A DNA stretch of 64,000 bases, from positions 352,001 to 416,000 of the forward strand of contig JBFWVL010000001.1 of the NCBI GenBank assembly GCA_050246755.1. Reading direction: 5' to 3'. This document shows positions 8,719-22,219 of the stretch, piece by piece. Each line of letters opens with the position of its first letter. Positions within the stretch are counted from its first letter, which is position 1. The notes below the pieces were generated by a model. That model was not told where the DNA came from and did not search any database. It saw nothing but the letters and a program-made list of their open reading frames with translations. Both the position numbers and the translations under genes were made by a program. The DNA is from Bacteriovoracia bacterium. GTDB taxonomy: Bacteria; Bdellovibrionota; UBA1018; CAIPTA01.

Positions 8719-9233
8719 AGCTCTTCCTGCTTTTCTTAATTCCTCTTTTTGCCTTCGCCAAGCCCGCGGCACGCAAATCCAAGGCGCCGCCCAAACGCGT
8801 AGCCACGAAGATCACTTCGGGCAAACAGGTTTGCGATATGGTGAAAAAATTCACCACCGCCGGGTTTCCCGCCCAGACCAATATCGATTTCGCCGTGGGG
8901 AAAAAGTTCGTGGCCGAAGGAAAGCTCGGCGCCATCGACAAAAATATCGGCACCTTCCATTTAGCCAATCTCTACCTGCGCGCCATCGCCAAGGGCGAGG
9001 AGGGCCTCACCTATAAAGAGGGCTGCCTAAAAATCAATTTCCCCGACCTCGATAAGGATGGGATTAAGGACCTCGAGCTCTCCGTGACGATGGAGCGACT
9101 CGACCCCAAAGCGAATCCTAAAGTGGTGAGCACCGTGAACTACGAACGCACGTTCATCTACCATCCGGAACAGAAAATCTACGAGCCCATGACCGGCTCC
9201 CCTCACCCCTTCGTGGAGCTCGTGATCAAGTGA
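8715..9233 (+). CDS. Secreted hypothetical protein
   Basis: ATGA overlap with the ALDH stop; signal peptide MKLFLLFLIPLFAFA; one DLDKDGIKDL (FG-GAP-like) motif. Confidence 0.7.
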   Translation: MKLFLLFLIPLFAFAKPAARKSKAPPKRVATKITSGKQVCDMVKKFTTAGFPAQTNIDFAVGKKFVAEGKLGAIDKNIGTFHLANLYLRAIAKGEEGLTYKEGCLKINFPDLDKDGIKDLELSVTMERLDPKANPKVVSTVNYERTFIYHPEQKIYEPMTGSPHPFVELVIK

Positions 9234-9610
9234 AACAGGTGATCCTGATCCGCCGCGATCTCAATATGCGCCGGGGAAAAGAAATCGCGCAGGGGTCACA
9301 CGCCTCGATGGGATTTCTGATCGAGCAATTGCGGGCGCAGATGCCTTCTTCGGAGGCTTCGGTCACTCTCGACGCGGCCACGCAGGAATGGATTCAGTTC
9401 GGCATGGGAAAGATTTGCCTGCAGGTTACGAGCGAAGCGGATTTGCTTAGCTTCCACGCGAAGGCGAAGGCCGCCGGAGTGTATAGTTTTTTGGTGAGGG
9501 ATAGTGGCCGCACGGAATTTCACGGCGAACCTACCTATACCGCCTGCGCGATCGGGCCCGATACGGCCGAGAGAATCGATGCAATCACGGGTGAGCTGAA
9601 CTTGTATTGA
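9230..9610 (+). CDS. pth2: Peptidyl-tRNA hydrolase, Pth2 type
   Basis: KQVILIRRDLNMRRGKEIAQGSHAS, KICLQV, VRDSGRTEF, TACAIGP, IDAITGELNL. Confidence 0.88.
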   Translation: MKQVILIRRDLNMRRGKEIAQGSHASMGFLIEQLRAQMPSSEASVTLDAATQEWIQFGMGKICLQVTSEADLLSFHAKAKAAGVYSFLVRDSGRTEFHGEPTYTACAIGPDTAERIDAITGELNLY

Positions 9611-9704
9611 AGCGCGGTAAATCTCGCGCATGGAAAATTTTCTTCTGCGAACTCACTTACTTAGTATTTAACGCAAGGCTTCTACAGCGCTGCAAGTAAT
9701 CTAG

Positions 9705-11913
<2,209 letters not shown>

Positions 11914-11917
<4 letters not shown>

Positions 11918-12549
11918 AGATTTGGGACATCAGCCCGGTGATTTCCGAGAAGACGGCCGTATTTCCCGGCGACGTGCCTTTTTCCCGCGAAGTTTCGATG
12001 GACACGAAAAAAGGCCACCACCTCACCCTCTCGGCCATTCGTTCCACGCTGCATATCGGCGCGCACGCCGACGCCGGCAATCATTATCATAAAGAGGGAA
12101 AAGGCGTGGAGGCGCGGCCCCTCGAATCCTACCTGGGCGACTGTGAAGTGATCGCCGTAAAGCTTCCCCGTGGTGCCCGTATCGGAATCGAGCATTTGAA
12201 CGGAAGAATCCCGCTCGCCCCCCGCGTGCTCTTCAAAACAAATTCTTTTCCCGATCCCGATCAATGGAACAATGATTTCAATTCTCTCTCGCCCGAGCTG
12301 ATCGAGTTCCTCGCCGACCGCGGCGCTATGCTCGTGGGTATCGACACTCCGAGCGTAGATCCCGTGGATTCCAAAGCCCTCGAAAGCCACCAGGCGCTGC
12401 ACCGCAGAAATCTCGCCGTGCTCGAGGGAATCACGCTGGAACAGGTAACGGAAGGCGTGTACACCCTGGTCGCTTTGCCGCTGCGAATGAAAGACGCTGA
12501 CGCTTCGCCGGTTCGTGCTATCCTTATAAACAAAGAAACGTTGTTGTGA
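11914..12549 (+). CDS. kynB: Kynurenine formamidase (metal-dependent cyclase family)
   Basis: WDISP....AVFPGD, HIGAHADA, RVLFKT, LVGIDTPSVDP, LEG, ALPLR...DASPVRAIL. Confidence 0.92.
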
Positions 12550-12576
12550 ACTATCAGCCGGACCAAGGGGATCCCC

Positions 12577-12966
12577 ATGCGCGCGCTATTGCTTCTTTCT
12601 CTTTTTTTTCTCACCGCCTGTGCCGGATCAAAATCAAGTAACGACGCCCAAGAGCCCAGCACCGACGAGTGCCTCTCCAATTCCGCCGCCGGCGACGCCT
12701 GGGGCGAGTGCAACGTGAAGAAAACCATTTACCAAAATATGGATAAGCTCGTGGCCTGCCAAGAAAAAAATCCCACCAAGGGCGGTACCATGATGCTGAA
12801 GATCAGCCTAAAGACGAACGGCGTGGTAAAAAAAGTGAGACCGGAAGCCGGCACGGTTCGTAATCGCCCGCTCGAGGCCTGCCTTTCAAAAGCATTCGCG
12901 CGCGTGAAATTCGCGGCTCCTCCCGAGGGAGTGAAGCCAGTTATCTATTTTCCCTTGTCGCTTTAG
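12577..12966 (+). CDS. Lipoprotein with AgmX/PglI (TonB-C-like) domain
   Basis: Lipobox LTAC; LVACQEK..GG...LKISL..NG.V...LEACL......KFAAP.G....IYFP. Confidence 0.7.
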   Translation: MRALLLLSLFFLTACAGSKSSNDAQEPSTDECLSNSAAGDAWGECNVKKTIYQNMDKLVACQEKNPTKGGTMMLKISLKTNGVVKKVRPEAGTVRNRPLEACLSKAFARVKFAAPPEGVKPVIYFPLSL

Positions 12967-14480
12967 GGCACAATATTGGGGTAAGCAGCCGGTGAAACTT
13001 CCGGCACTTTACCCGGCGCCGGCAGTGGTTTCTCCACCGATGGCTTAGTCCCTTTTTCCCAGCTATCTAGTTTCGTTATCCAGGGTTCCATCGTAGCGGC
13101 CAGTTTTTTACGGAAATTTTCCATGTCCATGATGCGCACGTAATCGTCGTACATTCGGCCATATTCTTTTTCCATCACGGGATCGAGCTTTTCCTTGCCC
13201 ACGTGCAGACGATAGAATTGCCATTGCACGAGCGCGTCCGAAATTTCGTTTTCCGACTCCGCGAGCTTCGCCGCCCAGAAAGCTATTTTGTCGAGGTCGT
13301 CACCAGTAGGCGGAGTTCCGCTTTTTTCCGTTAGGGCGGTAAGCACGTCGAGCGTTTGCCGTTTCGCATCGTAGCTGGAGCGCAGGGAAGGAATGGTCAG
13401 CACCTTCTCCTTCAGGGCGGCCACCCATTTTTCGTCGAAATTCTTTTCGATGCTGAGAACCACGTTATGGAAATCGGGAAGATTGGCGAGATAGCCTTTT
13501 TCGATGTCGTCCATTCTTTCGCGAACCTTTGCCCGCGAGAGGCCTTTCCATTTTTCATCCAATATTTCTTTCTGCAGCGCTTGCAGGGCGGCAATTTTTT
13601 CGGTGGCCTTTTCAGGGCGCGAGGTGGTCAACTTCGAAACTTGTTCCTGAACGAACTCGCCGGCCTCTTTGGTCTTATCGGTACCCACTTTTTTCACTGG
13701 ATTAACCAGCGGCGCGATGAAAGAGGTACCCATTTCATAAAGGGGAACGGCGGTGCCGAACGCGATCACCGGCTTAGCCCAGCCATAGAGAAACTTGCCG
13801 ATTTTTTCGCCCTTGGCGACGGCCAAGCTCTTGATCCGGCTATAAAGCCCTGGGTATTCCGAAGCAAGGTAGTGGGGAAGGTTGGAAATCGTGATCCCCT
13901 TTCCTTCCACTACATAGAGCCGCACGAACTGCTGGTCGAAGTATTCGGCGAGAAATTCATTTCCCCGGATTCCCTTAAGGATCTGATCGCTGTCGATCTT
14001 GGGATAGGCATTTCCGTTATACATTTCCCTTAGCCATTTGCGGTAGGCCACTAATTCTTGGCGAGGAAAAAGCCCGGCTGCCACCCGCCGCTCCATCAGC
14101 TCGTCGAAGGCTTCGCGGTATTTTTTCAAAATCACTTTATTGCTCTTGGGCATCGCTTTCATGGCCCGGAATCCATCGGGCACTTCGGTTTCGGCAGGAA
14201 AGATGTCTTTTACTTTTATCTGCTCGAGTTCCACTACCCGGGCGTTTGCCTTTTCCACAAATCCCGGAATGTATTTCCGCACCACGGAAAAATTCTGCTT
14301 ATAGCTGATCCGGGAATACAAGCGACGGCAGCCGGCTTCCCCGGCGGCCGGGCTTTCCGCCGGAGCCGCGGCGTGCTCCACGGGGGCGACGGCGGCGCTA
14401 GGAGCTTCCTGCGCGTGCGCACTCACCGCGCTCAAGAGCAACGCTACGGCGCTAAATTTGGCAAAAAACTTCAGGGGCAT
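12963..14480 (-). CDS. Secreted hypothetical protein, helical/coiled-coil
   Basis: Signal peptide ending AHA|QEA; 505 aa ORF. Confidence 0.75.
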   Translation of the reverse strand: MPLKFFAKFSAVALLLSAVSAHAQEAPSAAVAPVEHAAAPAESPAAGEAGCRRLYSRISYKQNFSVVRKYIPGFVEKANARVVELEQIKVKDIFPAETEVPDGFRAMKAMPKSNKVILKKYREAFDELMERRVAAGLFPRQELVAYRKWLREMYNGNAYPKIDSDQILKGIRGNEFLAEYFDQQFVRLYVVEGKGITISNLPHYLASEYPGLYSRIKSLAVAKGEKIGKFLYGWAKPVIAFGTAVPLYEMGTSFIAPLVNPVKKVGTDKTKEAGEFVQEQVSKLTTSRPEKATEKIAALQALQKEILDEKWKGLSRAKVRERMDDIEKGYLANLPDFHNVVLSIEKNFDEKWVAALKEKVLTIPSLRSSYDAKRQTLDVLTALTEKSGTPPTGDDLDKIAFWAAKLAESENEISDALVQWQFYRLHVGKEKLDPVMEKEYGRMYDDYVRIMDMENFRKKLAATMEPWITKLDSWEKGTKPSVEKPLPAPGKVPEVSPAAYPNIVP

Positions 14481-14504
14481 TCGTTCTCCAGGGGGCCTAG
14501 CTAT

Positions 14505-14532
14505 TTATCGGCGCTTCTCCGGTGAAACTTGA
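14505..14532 (-). promoter_or_regulatory. sigma28/FliA promoter
   Basis: Minus strand TCAAG-N15-GCCGATAA (consensus -10), followed by a GGAGA RBS and ATG 14480. Confidence 0.8.
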
Positions 14533-14669
14533 GCGGGCGCCCCTCGGGCATGACACGTAAATAATTGAATTTATTAACTTTATTTTACCTTATCGGACCT
14601 GCCCCACCTAGCCCGCCCTCGACGCGGTGCTCGCTTCCTTCCTACACTATTTCGCCTATCGTTATCGGC

Positions 14670-16217
14670 ATGTCGAAAACCCAACAGCAGGCCTTCGCGG
14701 CCCTTGAAGCCAAACTTGCGCAGAGCGAATTTCCCGCCGGCAAAGAACGCGTGGAAAAACAGCATAAAGACGGAAAGCTTTCCGCCCGGGAACGCATCGA
14801 GCTGCTCCTCGACAAAAATTCTTTTCAGGAATTGGACCGCTTCGTTACCCACCGGTGCACGAATTTCGAGCTCGAAAAAAATACTCCGCTCGGCGACGGG
14901 GTGGTTACCGGATTCGGCAAGATCGATGGCCGTATCGTGTACGTTTATTCCCAGGATTTTTCGGTATTCGGCGGCTCGCTTTCGGGCGCGCATGCGGCCA
15001 AGATCTGCAAGCTCATGGACCTCGCCCTGAAAAACGGAGCCCCGGTGATCGGACTCAACGATTCGGGCGGCGCGCGGATTCAAGAAGGCGTGGAAGCCCT
15101 CGGCGGATATGCCGAGATTTTCTGGCGTAATGTGCAGGCATCCGGCGTGGTGCCGCAGATTTCCGTGGTGATGGGCCCCTGCGCGGGCGGCGCGGTCTAT
15201 TCTCCGGCGATCACAGATTTTATTTATATGGTGGAACGCACGAGCTTCATGTTCGTGACCGGCCCCGACGTGATCAAGACCGTGACCCACGAAGAAGTGA
15301 CGAAAGAAACCCTCGGCGGCGCGCACACCCACTCCGAAACCAGCGGCGTATCGCACTTCGTGGCCCCCGACGACGCCACCGCCCTCCGCCAGGTGAGAAA
15401 GCTCATTTCCTATTTACCCCTGAACAACGGCGATTTGCCGCCCGCGATCCCGAACGCGGAACCGAGCGACCGCGACACGAACCGCATCCTCGCCGCCCTC
15501 CCCGATACTTCGCAAAAACCCTACGACGTGAAGACGTTTATCGACGATATCGTGGACGAAGGGAGCTTCTACGAAGTGCACGCGGCCTACGCCCGCAATA
15601 TCGTGGTAGGCTTTGCCCGCATCAACGGCCGCCCGCTCGGCGTGGTGGCCAACCAGCCCATGCACTTGGCTGGCTGCCTAAATATCGATGCTTCGCGGAA
15701 GGCCGCCCGTTTCGTCCGCTTCTGCGACTCCTTCAATATACCCCTCGTTTCCCTCGTGGATGTTCCCGGCTTTCTCCCCGGCACCGACCAGGAATACGGT
15801 GGAATCATTACCCACGGCGCGAAGCTCCTCTACGCCTACGCCGAAGCCACCGTGCCAAAAATCACGGTGATCACGCGCAAGGCCTACGGTGGCGCCTACG
15901 ACGTGATGGCCTCCAAGCATATCCGCGCCGATTTTAATTTCTCTTTCCCCAATGCCGAGATCGCGGTGATGGGCCCCGAAGGCGCGATCTCCATCCTCCA
16001 CCGCGAGAAGATCGCCAAGGATCCCGCCTCGGCGCCGAGATTGGTGGAAGAATACCGCGATACCTTCGCCAACCCCTACCGCGCCGCCGGCCTCGGGTAC
16101 CTCGACGAAGTGATTCATCCCAAGGATACGCGCCGGAAAATCGCCGCCGCGCTGGAAGCTACCCGGGGAAAACGCGAAGCGCGGCCGGTTCGCAAACACG
16201 GAAATATTCCACTGTGA
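14670..16217 (+). CDS. pccB: Propionyl-CoA carboxylase carboxyltransferase (beta) subunit
   Basis: [73 protein letters not shown]. Confidence 0.93.
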   Translation: MSKTQQQAFAALEAKLAQSEFPAGKERVEKQHKDGKLSARERIELLLDKNSFQELDRFVTHRCTNFELEKNTPLGDGVVTGFGKIDGRIVYVYSQDFSVFGGSLSGAHAAKICKLMDLALKNGAPVIGLNDSGGARIQEGVEALGGYAEIFWRNVQASGVVPQISVVMGPCAGGAVYSPAITDFIYMVERTSFMFVTGPDVIKTVTHEEVTKETLGGAHTHSETSGVSHFVAPDDATALRQVRKLISYLPLNNGDLPPAIPNAEPSDRDTNRILAALPDTSQKPYDVKTFIDDIVDEGSFYEVHAAYARNIVVGFARINGRPLGVVANQPMHLAGCLNIDASRKAARFVRFCDSFNIPLVSLVDVPGFLPGTDQEYGGIITHGAKLLYAYAEATVPKITVITRKAYGGAYDVMASKHIRADFNFSFPNAEIAVMGPEGAISILHREKIAKDPASAPRLVEEYRDTFANPYRAAGLGYLDEVIHPKDTRRKIAAALEATRGKREARPVRKHGNIPL

Positions 16218-17722
16218 GTACAACCGTGAAGATGCCGTTCAAAAAAATTCTGATCGCGAACCGGGGCGAGATCGCCATCCGCGTGATCCGCGCCGCCAAA
16301 GAACTGGGATTGAAAACGGTGGCCGTTTATTCCGATGCCGACCGCGATTCGCCCCACGTGCTCCTCGCCCACGAGGCCGTGCCTATCGGTGCAAGCGAAG
16401 CGAAGCAAAGTTATCTCGTGCCCGAAAAAATTCTCGCCGCCGCCGCGGCCACTAAGGCCGATGCCCTGCATCCCGGATTCGGATTTCTCTCCGAAAACGC
16501 CGATTTCGCCCGCGCTTGCGCCAAGGCCGGAATTAAATTCATCGGCCCCAACCCCGACGCGATCGACCTCATGGGCGACAAGCTCCGCGCCCGCGCCGCG
16601 ATGAAGGCCGCCGGCGTGCCCATCGTGCCCGGCAGCGACGGCGCGATCGAAACCCTGGCCGAGGCGAAAAAAATCGCCAAGACGATCGGCTTCCCCGTGA
16701 TCCTCAAAGCCGCGGCCGGCGGGGGCGGCAAGGGCATGCGCGTGGCCAACTCCGACAAAGAGCTCGAGAATTTTTTCGAATCCGTGCGCAGCGAGGCCCT
16801 CAATTATTTCAACGACGGCTCGGTATTCCTCGAGCGCTACGCCAAGGATCCCCACCATATCGAAGTACAGATCATCGCCGACGAGCACGGCAACGTGGCT
16901 CACCTCTTCGAGCGCGAATGCTCCGTGCAGCGCCGCCACCAAAAAGTGATCGAGGAAGCGCCCTCTCCGTTCCTCGTGGGGCACGACGATATCCGCGAGA
17001 AATTATTTGCCGTGGCCGTTCAGGGTGCCCAGCGCATCGGCTATACCAATGCCGGCACCATGGAATTCGTGATGGACGGCGACCGGAACTTTTATTTCCT
17101 CGAGATGAATACGCGCATCCAAGTGGAGCATCCCGTAACGGAGATGATCACCGGCATTGACCTCGTAAAAGAACAGATCCTGGTGGCCGCGGGAAATAAG
17201 CTTTCCTTCGACCCCAAAGAGCTGAAGCTCAACGGCGCGGCCATCGAGTGCCGGCTCTACGCCGAAAATCCCTTCACTTTCCTCCCTTCGCCAGGCCCCG
17301 TGAAAGAGCTCGTGCTCCCGGGAGGCCCCTTCGTGCGCGTAGACGCGGCGATGCACGCCGGGCAAACCATTCCCCTCGAATACGATCCGATGATTGCGAA
17401 ACTTTGCGCCTGGGGCCGCACCCGCGGGGAATCCGTGAGCCGCATGGCCCGCGTGCTCGGCGAAACGGGCGTGGCCGGCTGCTTAACCAACCTAGCTTTC
17501 CTTCGCCGCGTGATGGAAAATAAAATTTTCCGGAGCGGAATCTATACTACCGGCTTTATCGCCCAAGAAACCGAGCAGCTCGCGAATCCGAAAGAGCTTC
17601 CGCCCGGAATCGAATCGGAAGCCGAGCTCAGGGAACTATTGGCCTTGCTCGCGAGCACCGAAGAAAAAGTTCCCGCGCAACCCGAAGCTTCGGCCTGGTG
17701 GAGGATGACTCATGTCCGATAA
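16214..17722 (+). CDS. accC: Biotin carboxylase (acyl-CoA carboxylase alpha chain)
   Basis: [64 protein letters not shown]. Confidence 0.92.
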   Translation: MSTTVKMPFKKILIANRGEIAIRVIRAAKELGLKTVAVYSDADRDSPHVLLAHEAVPIGASEAKQSYLVPEKILAAAAATKADALHPGFGFLSENADFARACAKAGIKFIGPNPDAIDLMGDKLRARAAMKAAGVPIVPGSDGAIETLAEAKKIAKTIGFPVILKAAAGGGGKGMRVANSDKELENFFESVRSEALNYFNDGSVFLERYAKDPHHIEVQIIADEHGNVAHLFERECSVQRRHQKVIEEAPSPFLVGHDDIREKLFAVAVQGAQRIGYTNAGTMEFVMDGDRNFYFLEMNTRIQVEHPVTEMITGIDLVKEQILVAAGNKLSFDPKELKLNGAAIECRLYAENPFTFLPSPGPVKELVLPGGPFVRVDAAMHAGQTIPLEYDPMIAKLCAWGRTRGESVSRMARVLGETGVAGCLTNLAFLRRVMENKIFRSGIYTTGFIAQETEQLANPKELPPGIESEAELRELLALLASTEEKVPAQPEASAWWRMTHVR

Positions 17723-18227
17723 AGCCTATACTCTTCCCGGCGGACAGCAGTTCGAGCTGAAGAACGGTCCGGGCGGTGAATATCTCGTAAAGCGCGAAGG
17801 CAGCGAGGAGACCGCTTCCCGCATCTCCGCCGACTCTCACGTAATCGATCACGAAACCAAACGTCTCTACCTCGGCTCCGCCAAAGCCCGGCAGCTCTTC
17901 TGGGTATACGCCGTTCGTAATAAACGCATTCTCTCCTGGCCGGGCGGCTCGATGGAGATCGACGCCGTGGATCTCTCGGAAGGCGCCGCCTCCGCCGGCG
18001 GCACGATCAAGCCGCTGCGCCTCACCATGCCGGGAAAAGTGCTCAGCATCAAAGTGAAGGAAGGCGATACCGTGGAGGCTGGCCAGGGTCTCGTGGTGGT
18101 AGAGGCCATGAAAATGGAAAATCTTTTGCTTGCGCCCGCCGCCGCGAAAGTGGCGAAAGTACACGTGCAAACGGGCGACCGCCTCGAATCCGGCACCACC
18201 CTCATCACCTTCGAGGCCCTTTCATGA
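17712..18227 (+). CDS. Biotin carboxyl carrier protein
   Basis: MPGKV...V..GD.V..GQ.L...EAMKMEN. Confidence 0.9.
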   Translation: MSDKAYTLPGGQQFELKNGPGGEYLVKREGSEETASRISADSHVIDHETKRLYLGSAKARQLFWVYAVRNKRILSWPGGSMEIDAVDLSEGAASAGGTIKPLRLTMPGKVLSIKVKEGDTVEAGQGLVVVEAMKMENLLLAPAAAKVAKVHVQTGDRLESGTTLITFEALS

Positions 18228-18892
18228 TTCGCTTGCTCGCCGCCCTCTTGCTGGCGTTCTCGCTCCTTTCGGCCAAGGCCGTAACCTATAAAGCGTATGT
18301 ACTGATGCCGGTAGACGAGGCCGCGAAGGAAAAATCGTTCCTGGATTTCCGCACCAAGCTCCTGAAGGCCATCGAAGCCAAAGACGCGGCCTACCTTTCT
18401 TCGATCCTCGCGAAAAATATCGCCTTCAGCTTCGGCGGGGAAGGCGATGGTGATGGGCCAGCCGGCTTCCGCCGCATGTGGAATCTCAACAAGCACCCGG
18501 AAAGAAGCAAGGTTTGGGCGGAACTAAAAGCCGTCGTAGCCCGCGGCGGAAAATTCAATGAAGACCTCACTTCCTTCGACGCCCCTTACGTGTCCGCGGC
18601 TTGGCCCAGCGCCTACGATTCCTTCGACTACTCCGCCGTGGTGGAGAAAGACGCAATCGTGCGCGAACGGGCCCGGCTGGACGCGCCCGTTCTGCAAAAA
18701 GTTTCTTATGAGATCCTGCGCGTTACCAGCGACTGGTCCAATAAACCCAATGCCTGGAGCACCGTGATTCTTCCCAACGGAAAAAAAGGGCATATCCAGA
18801 ATCGCTTCCTCCAGTCTCCGGTGGGCTACCGCGCCCGTTTCGAAAAAGTGGGCAAGGATTGGAAAATGGCCACATTCATTGCGGGAGACTGA
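18224..18892 (+). CDS. Secreted protein with SH3-like domain
   Basis: Signal peptide; [12 protein letters not shown]...W.....NGKKGHI....[12 protein letters not shown]....W.M..F.AGD. Confidence 0.7.
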   Translation: MIRLLAALLLAFSLLSAKAVTYKAYVLMPVDEAAKEKSFLDFRTKLLKAIEAKDAAYLSSILAKNIAFSFGGEGDGDGPAGFRRMWNLNKHPERSKVWAELKAVVARGGKFNEDLTSFDAPYVSAAWPSAYDSFDYSAVVEKDAIVRERARLDAPVLQKVSYEILRVTSDWSNKPNAWSTVILPNGKKGHIQNRFLQSPVGYRARFEKVGKDWKMATFIAGD

Positions 18893-20454
18893 TGAAGGAC
18901 CTCTCGAAATCCAATAATCGCACGCCTTCCGGCCTCGACCTCCGTACTTTCTACGGCGAACCTCCTCCAGGAGAGTTTCCCTTCACCCGCGGCGTGCACA
19001 AAGACATGTACCGTGGCCGCCTGTGGACCATGCGCCAGTACGCGGGATTCGGCACCGCCGAAGAGAGCAACAAGCGCTACCGTTACCTTCTCTCGAAGGG
19101 TACCACCGGCCTCAGCGTGGCCTTCGATCTTCCCACCCAGATGGGCTTCGACTCCGATCACCCCATGGCCATAGGAGAAGTGGGCCGCGTGGGCGTGGCC
19201 ATCGATTCCATCGCCGATATGCGCACCCTCTTCCGCGGCATCGATCTGGCGCGCGTGACCACCTCGATGACGATCAACTCCACCGCCTCTATCCTGCTAG
19301 CGCTCTATATCGCGGTGGCCGAAGAGCAAGGCGCCGACCTCAGCAAAATTTCCGGCACCATCCAGAATGATCTCCTCAAGGAATATATCGCGCGCGGCAC
19401 TTATATTTTCCCCCCCAAAGCCTCACTCCGGATCATCACCGATATTTTCGACTACTGCCGCAAGCAGGTGCCCAAATGGAATCCCATTTCGATCTCGGGC
19501 TACCATATCCGCGAAGCCGGCTCCACCGCCGCCCAGGAAATCGCTTTTACGCTGGCCAATGGATTTACCTACGTAGACGCAGCGCTGGCCGCCGGCCTCA
19601 CCATCGACGAATTCGCGCCCCGGCTCAGTTTCTTCTTCAACGCTCACAACCATCTCTTCGAAGAGGTGGCCAAGTTCCGCATCGCTCGGAAAATCTGGGC
19701 TGAAACGCTCCGCGAGACCTACGGCGCCCGTGATCCTAATTCGCTTAAATTAAGGTTCCACGCCCAAACCGCGGGCTCCATGCTCACCGCGCAGCAGCCC
19801 CGCAATAACCTTATTCGCGTTACGGTGCAGGCCATGGCGGCCGTGCTCGGCGGCGCGCAGAGCTTGCACACCAACGGCTACGACGAAGCCCTCTCCCTCC
19901 CCACCGAAGAGAGCGCCTCGCTCGCCCTGCGCACCCAGCAGATCCTCGCCTTCGAATCCGGAGCCGCCGACGTGGCCGATCCTTTAGGCGGCTCTTACTT
20001 TGTGGAGGAGCTCGGGCGCGAGCTCGAAGAGAAGGCGCGCTGGTACCTAAAAGAAATTCATACCCGCGGCGGCATGATCGCCTGCATCGAGGCAGGCTAC
20101 GTGCAGAGGGAAATCCAGGAAGCGGCCTATAAAACGCAATTGGCCACCGACCAGGCCGAGCAAGTGCAGGTGGGCGTGAATTCCTTCCAGGCCGACGAGC
20201 AGTCCGAGACGGATCTCCTGAAAATCGACCGCTCCTTGGAAGCCAAGCAGATCAAAAAAACCAAGAAATTTAAAAAGGACCGAGACCAAAAAAAGGTTCA
20301 CGAGGCTCTGGCACGATTGCAAACCGCGGCTAAGGGAGCAGAAAACCTCATGCCTTTTATCCTGGCGGCCGTAAAGAACGAGGCCTCTCTCGGCGAAGTC
20401 AGCGACTCCCTCCGATCGGTATTCGGCGCTCACCGCGAGATATTGACGGTTTGA
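18892..20454 (+). CDS. Methylmalonyl-CoA mutase, substrate-binding (N-terminal) subunit; no B12-binding domain
   Basis: PGEFPFTRG...[58 protein letters not shown]; no DxHxxG motif. Confidence 0.92.
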   Translation: MKDLSKSNNRTPSGLDLRTFYGEPPPGEFPFTRGVHKDMYRGRLWTMRQYAGFGTAEESNKRYRYLLSKGTTGLSVAFDLPTQMGFDSDHPMAIGEVGRVGVAIDSIADMRTLFRGIDLARVTTSMTINSTASILLALYIAVAEEQGADLSKISGTIQNDLLKEYIARGTYIFPPKASLRIITDIFDYCRKQVPKWNPISISGYHIREAGSTAAQEIAFTLANGFTYVDAALAAGLTIDEFAPRLSFFFNAHNHLFEEVAKFRIARKIWAETLRETYGARDPNSLKLRFHAQTAGSMLTAQQPRNNLIRVTVQAMAAVLGGAQSLHTNGYDEALSLPTEESASLALRTQQILAFESGAADVADPLGGSYFVEELGRELEEKARWYLKEIHTRGGMIACIEAGYVQREIQEAAYKTQLATDQAEQVQVGVNSFQADEQSETDLLKIDRSLEAKQIKKTKKFKKDRDQKKVHEALARLQTAAKGAENLMPFILAAVKNEASLGEVSDSLRSVFGAHREILTV

Positions 20455-20522
20455 GGCCAGTTATTACCATTATATAACAGCTGGTTTATCGATTTTCGCG
20501 CTTGGCCGTCGATACTGGATAC

Positions 20523-21107
20523 ATGAGCAACCTCAAACCGGCCCGTATCCTCCTCCTCGACGACGAAAACGAAATCGTAGACCTCTGCGCCCGCGTGCTC
20601 CGCGCCAGCTACCTCGTGGTCAAAACCAGCTCCCCGTTCGAAGCCGTGTCTTTCATGGACTGCGGCCGCACCAAGATCGACCTCGTGGTCTGCGACTACA
20701 ATATGCCAGGGATGAACGGGGCGGAATTCGTGAGCCAGATCCGCCGCCTGGGCATCAAGACCCCCGTGATGCTCTATACCGGAATGGTGCTGGAGCAAAA
20801 GGAACACCAACTAGAAAAGTTTACCCGGGTGCTCATGAAGCCTTTCGATGCCCACCAGCTGCGCGAGGAAGTGTCCGCCAGCCTAAGTTCCGCGGCCCAC
20901 GAGGCCCAGGTGTACCACCAATATAGCGGAATCAAGCCTCACCTCGAGATGGCCACCGAGAACCTGATCAGCTTCCTGAAGAACCGGGGCATCTGCGATC
21001 CCTCCATGCTGGACCCCGAGAAAGCGCTGCAGATCCTTGGGCCTGGCCAGGAGTATAAGATTTTTCTATCTTGGTTTTATCTCAATGAGCTGAGCTCGCG
21101 GATCTAG
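20523..21107 (+). CDS. Response regulator (receiver domain plus unknown C-terminal domain)
   Basis: ILLLDDE, DLVVCDYNMPGMNG, TG, LMKPF. Confidence 0.85.
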   Translation: MSNLKPARILLLDDENEIVDLCARVLRASYLVVKTSSPFEAVSFMDCGRTKIDLVVCDYNMPGMNGAEFVSQIRRLGIKTPVMLYTGMVLEQKEHQLEKFTRVLMKPFDAHQLREEVSASLSSAAHEAQVYHQYSGIKPHLEMATENLISFLKNRGICDPSMLDPEKALQILGPGQEYKIFLSWFYLNELSSRI

Positions 21108-22066
21108 TACTTACGCTTGCCCAAGCCGATTTCACGCAATCGCTGTTCGAGGTACTGCCCCGAGGTAATATGCGGGTAGAGCTCTTTGCCGCCGGTTTTG
21201 GCCACGCAGCCAGGGAGCGGAGAAAGGTCCACCTCGGAGCGAGGGTGCACGAAGTACGGCATCGAGAAGCGGCGCTCCCGCGAATTATCGGGGTTCACCA
21301 CGCGATGAGTGGTGCTCTTCAGCAAGCCGTTCGTGAGATTCTGGAGCATATCGCCCGTGTCCACGATGATCTGGCCTTTGAGCGCGTGGATCGGGAGCCA
21401 AGAGCCATCGCGTTTCAAGAGCTCGAGGCCCCCGGCGGTGGCTTCGCAGAGTAAGGTAATAAAATTGATGTCCTCGTGAGCCCCCGCACGAATGCTGGCA
21501 GGATCACGGCTTTCCGGAACTTCGGGGTAATTGATGATGCGGAGGATGGTATTCCCGTCTTTCGCCATGTCGGAAAGCAGCGTGGGTTTTTCTCCGATAT
21601 AGATCGAGCAGGCATCGAGCAAATGCATCGAACATACGTCGAGCTGGCGGTAGAGCTCGATCATCACTTCTTTGAATTCGGGGATCTCGGTGGGCCAGAG
21701 ATTGCGGGGATACTCTTGGTTGAATTTAGAGCTCTCGGGAAGCTCGCGTCCCACGTGCCAAAACTCTTTTAGGTCGGCGGCGGTGCTGCCCTTGGCGTGC
21801 TCGCGGCCGAAGCTCGTGAATCCACGCTGCCCCTTGATCTCGAGGTCTTCGTAGCTACGCTTGGTATTTTCGGGAAGATCGAAGAAATCAGCCGAGATTT
21901 GGTAGGCTTTTTCGATGAGCCGGTAATCCACCCCGTGATTCTGGAGAGCCACGAAGCCCGTGTCTTTGAGCGAATCGCCAAGTGCGGAGATGAATCTTTC
22001 TTTGCCGCCTTGTGAGCCGCGAAGAAAATCCTGAAGGTCTACTACGGGTATTGTTTGCAACGGCAT
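21104..22066 (-). CDS. Isopenicillin-N-synthase-like 2OG-Fe(II) oxygenase
   Basis: IPVVDL, GF....NHG, DLKEFWH.G, N.WP, AHEDINFITLL, GDMLQ..TNG..KSTTHRV, RFSMPYF. Confidence 0.9.
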   Translation of the reverse strand: MPLQTIPVVDLQDFLRGSQGGKERFISALGDSLKDTGFVALQNHGVDYRLIEKAYQISADFFDLPENTKRSYEDLEIKGQRGFTSFGREHAKGSTAADLKEFWHVGRELPESSKFNQEYPRNLWPTEIPEFKEVMIELYRQLDVCSMHLLDACSIYIGEKPTLLSDMAKDGNTILRIINYPEVPESRDPASIRAGAHEDINFITLLCEATAGGLELLKRDGSWLPIHALKGQIIVDTGDMLQNLTNGLLKSTTHRVVNPDNSRERRFSMPYFVHPRSEVDLSPLPGCVAKTGGKELYPHITSGQYLEQRLREIGLGKRKY

Positions 22067-22219
22067 ACGAAAAATCCCTTTCCCGTTTAAGAAAGTTACC
22101 CGAACGCGACACACCGGGCAAGAACGAACATTTAACGCATGATAAGCGCCTTTCGATGCATAACGAGATTAATGCGGCGCTTCTCCTTAGGGCCGAGAAC
22201 TTCGCGTAGAATGCTTCCT

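Noticed and set aside
21104-22066. Beta-lactam biosynthesis (IPNS)
   Set aside because: Standalone 2OG-Fe(II) oxygenase with no ACV synthetase or other cluster genes.
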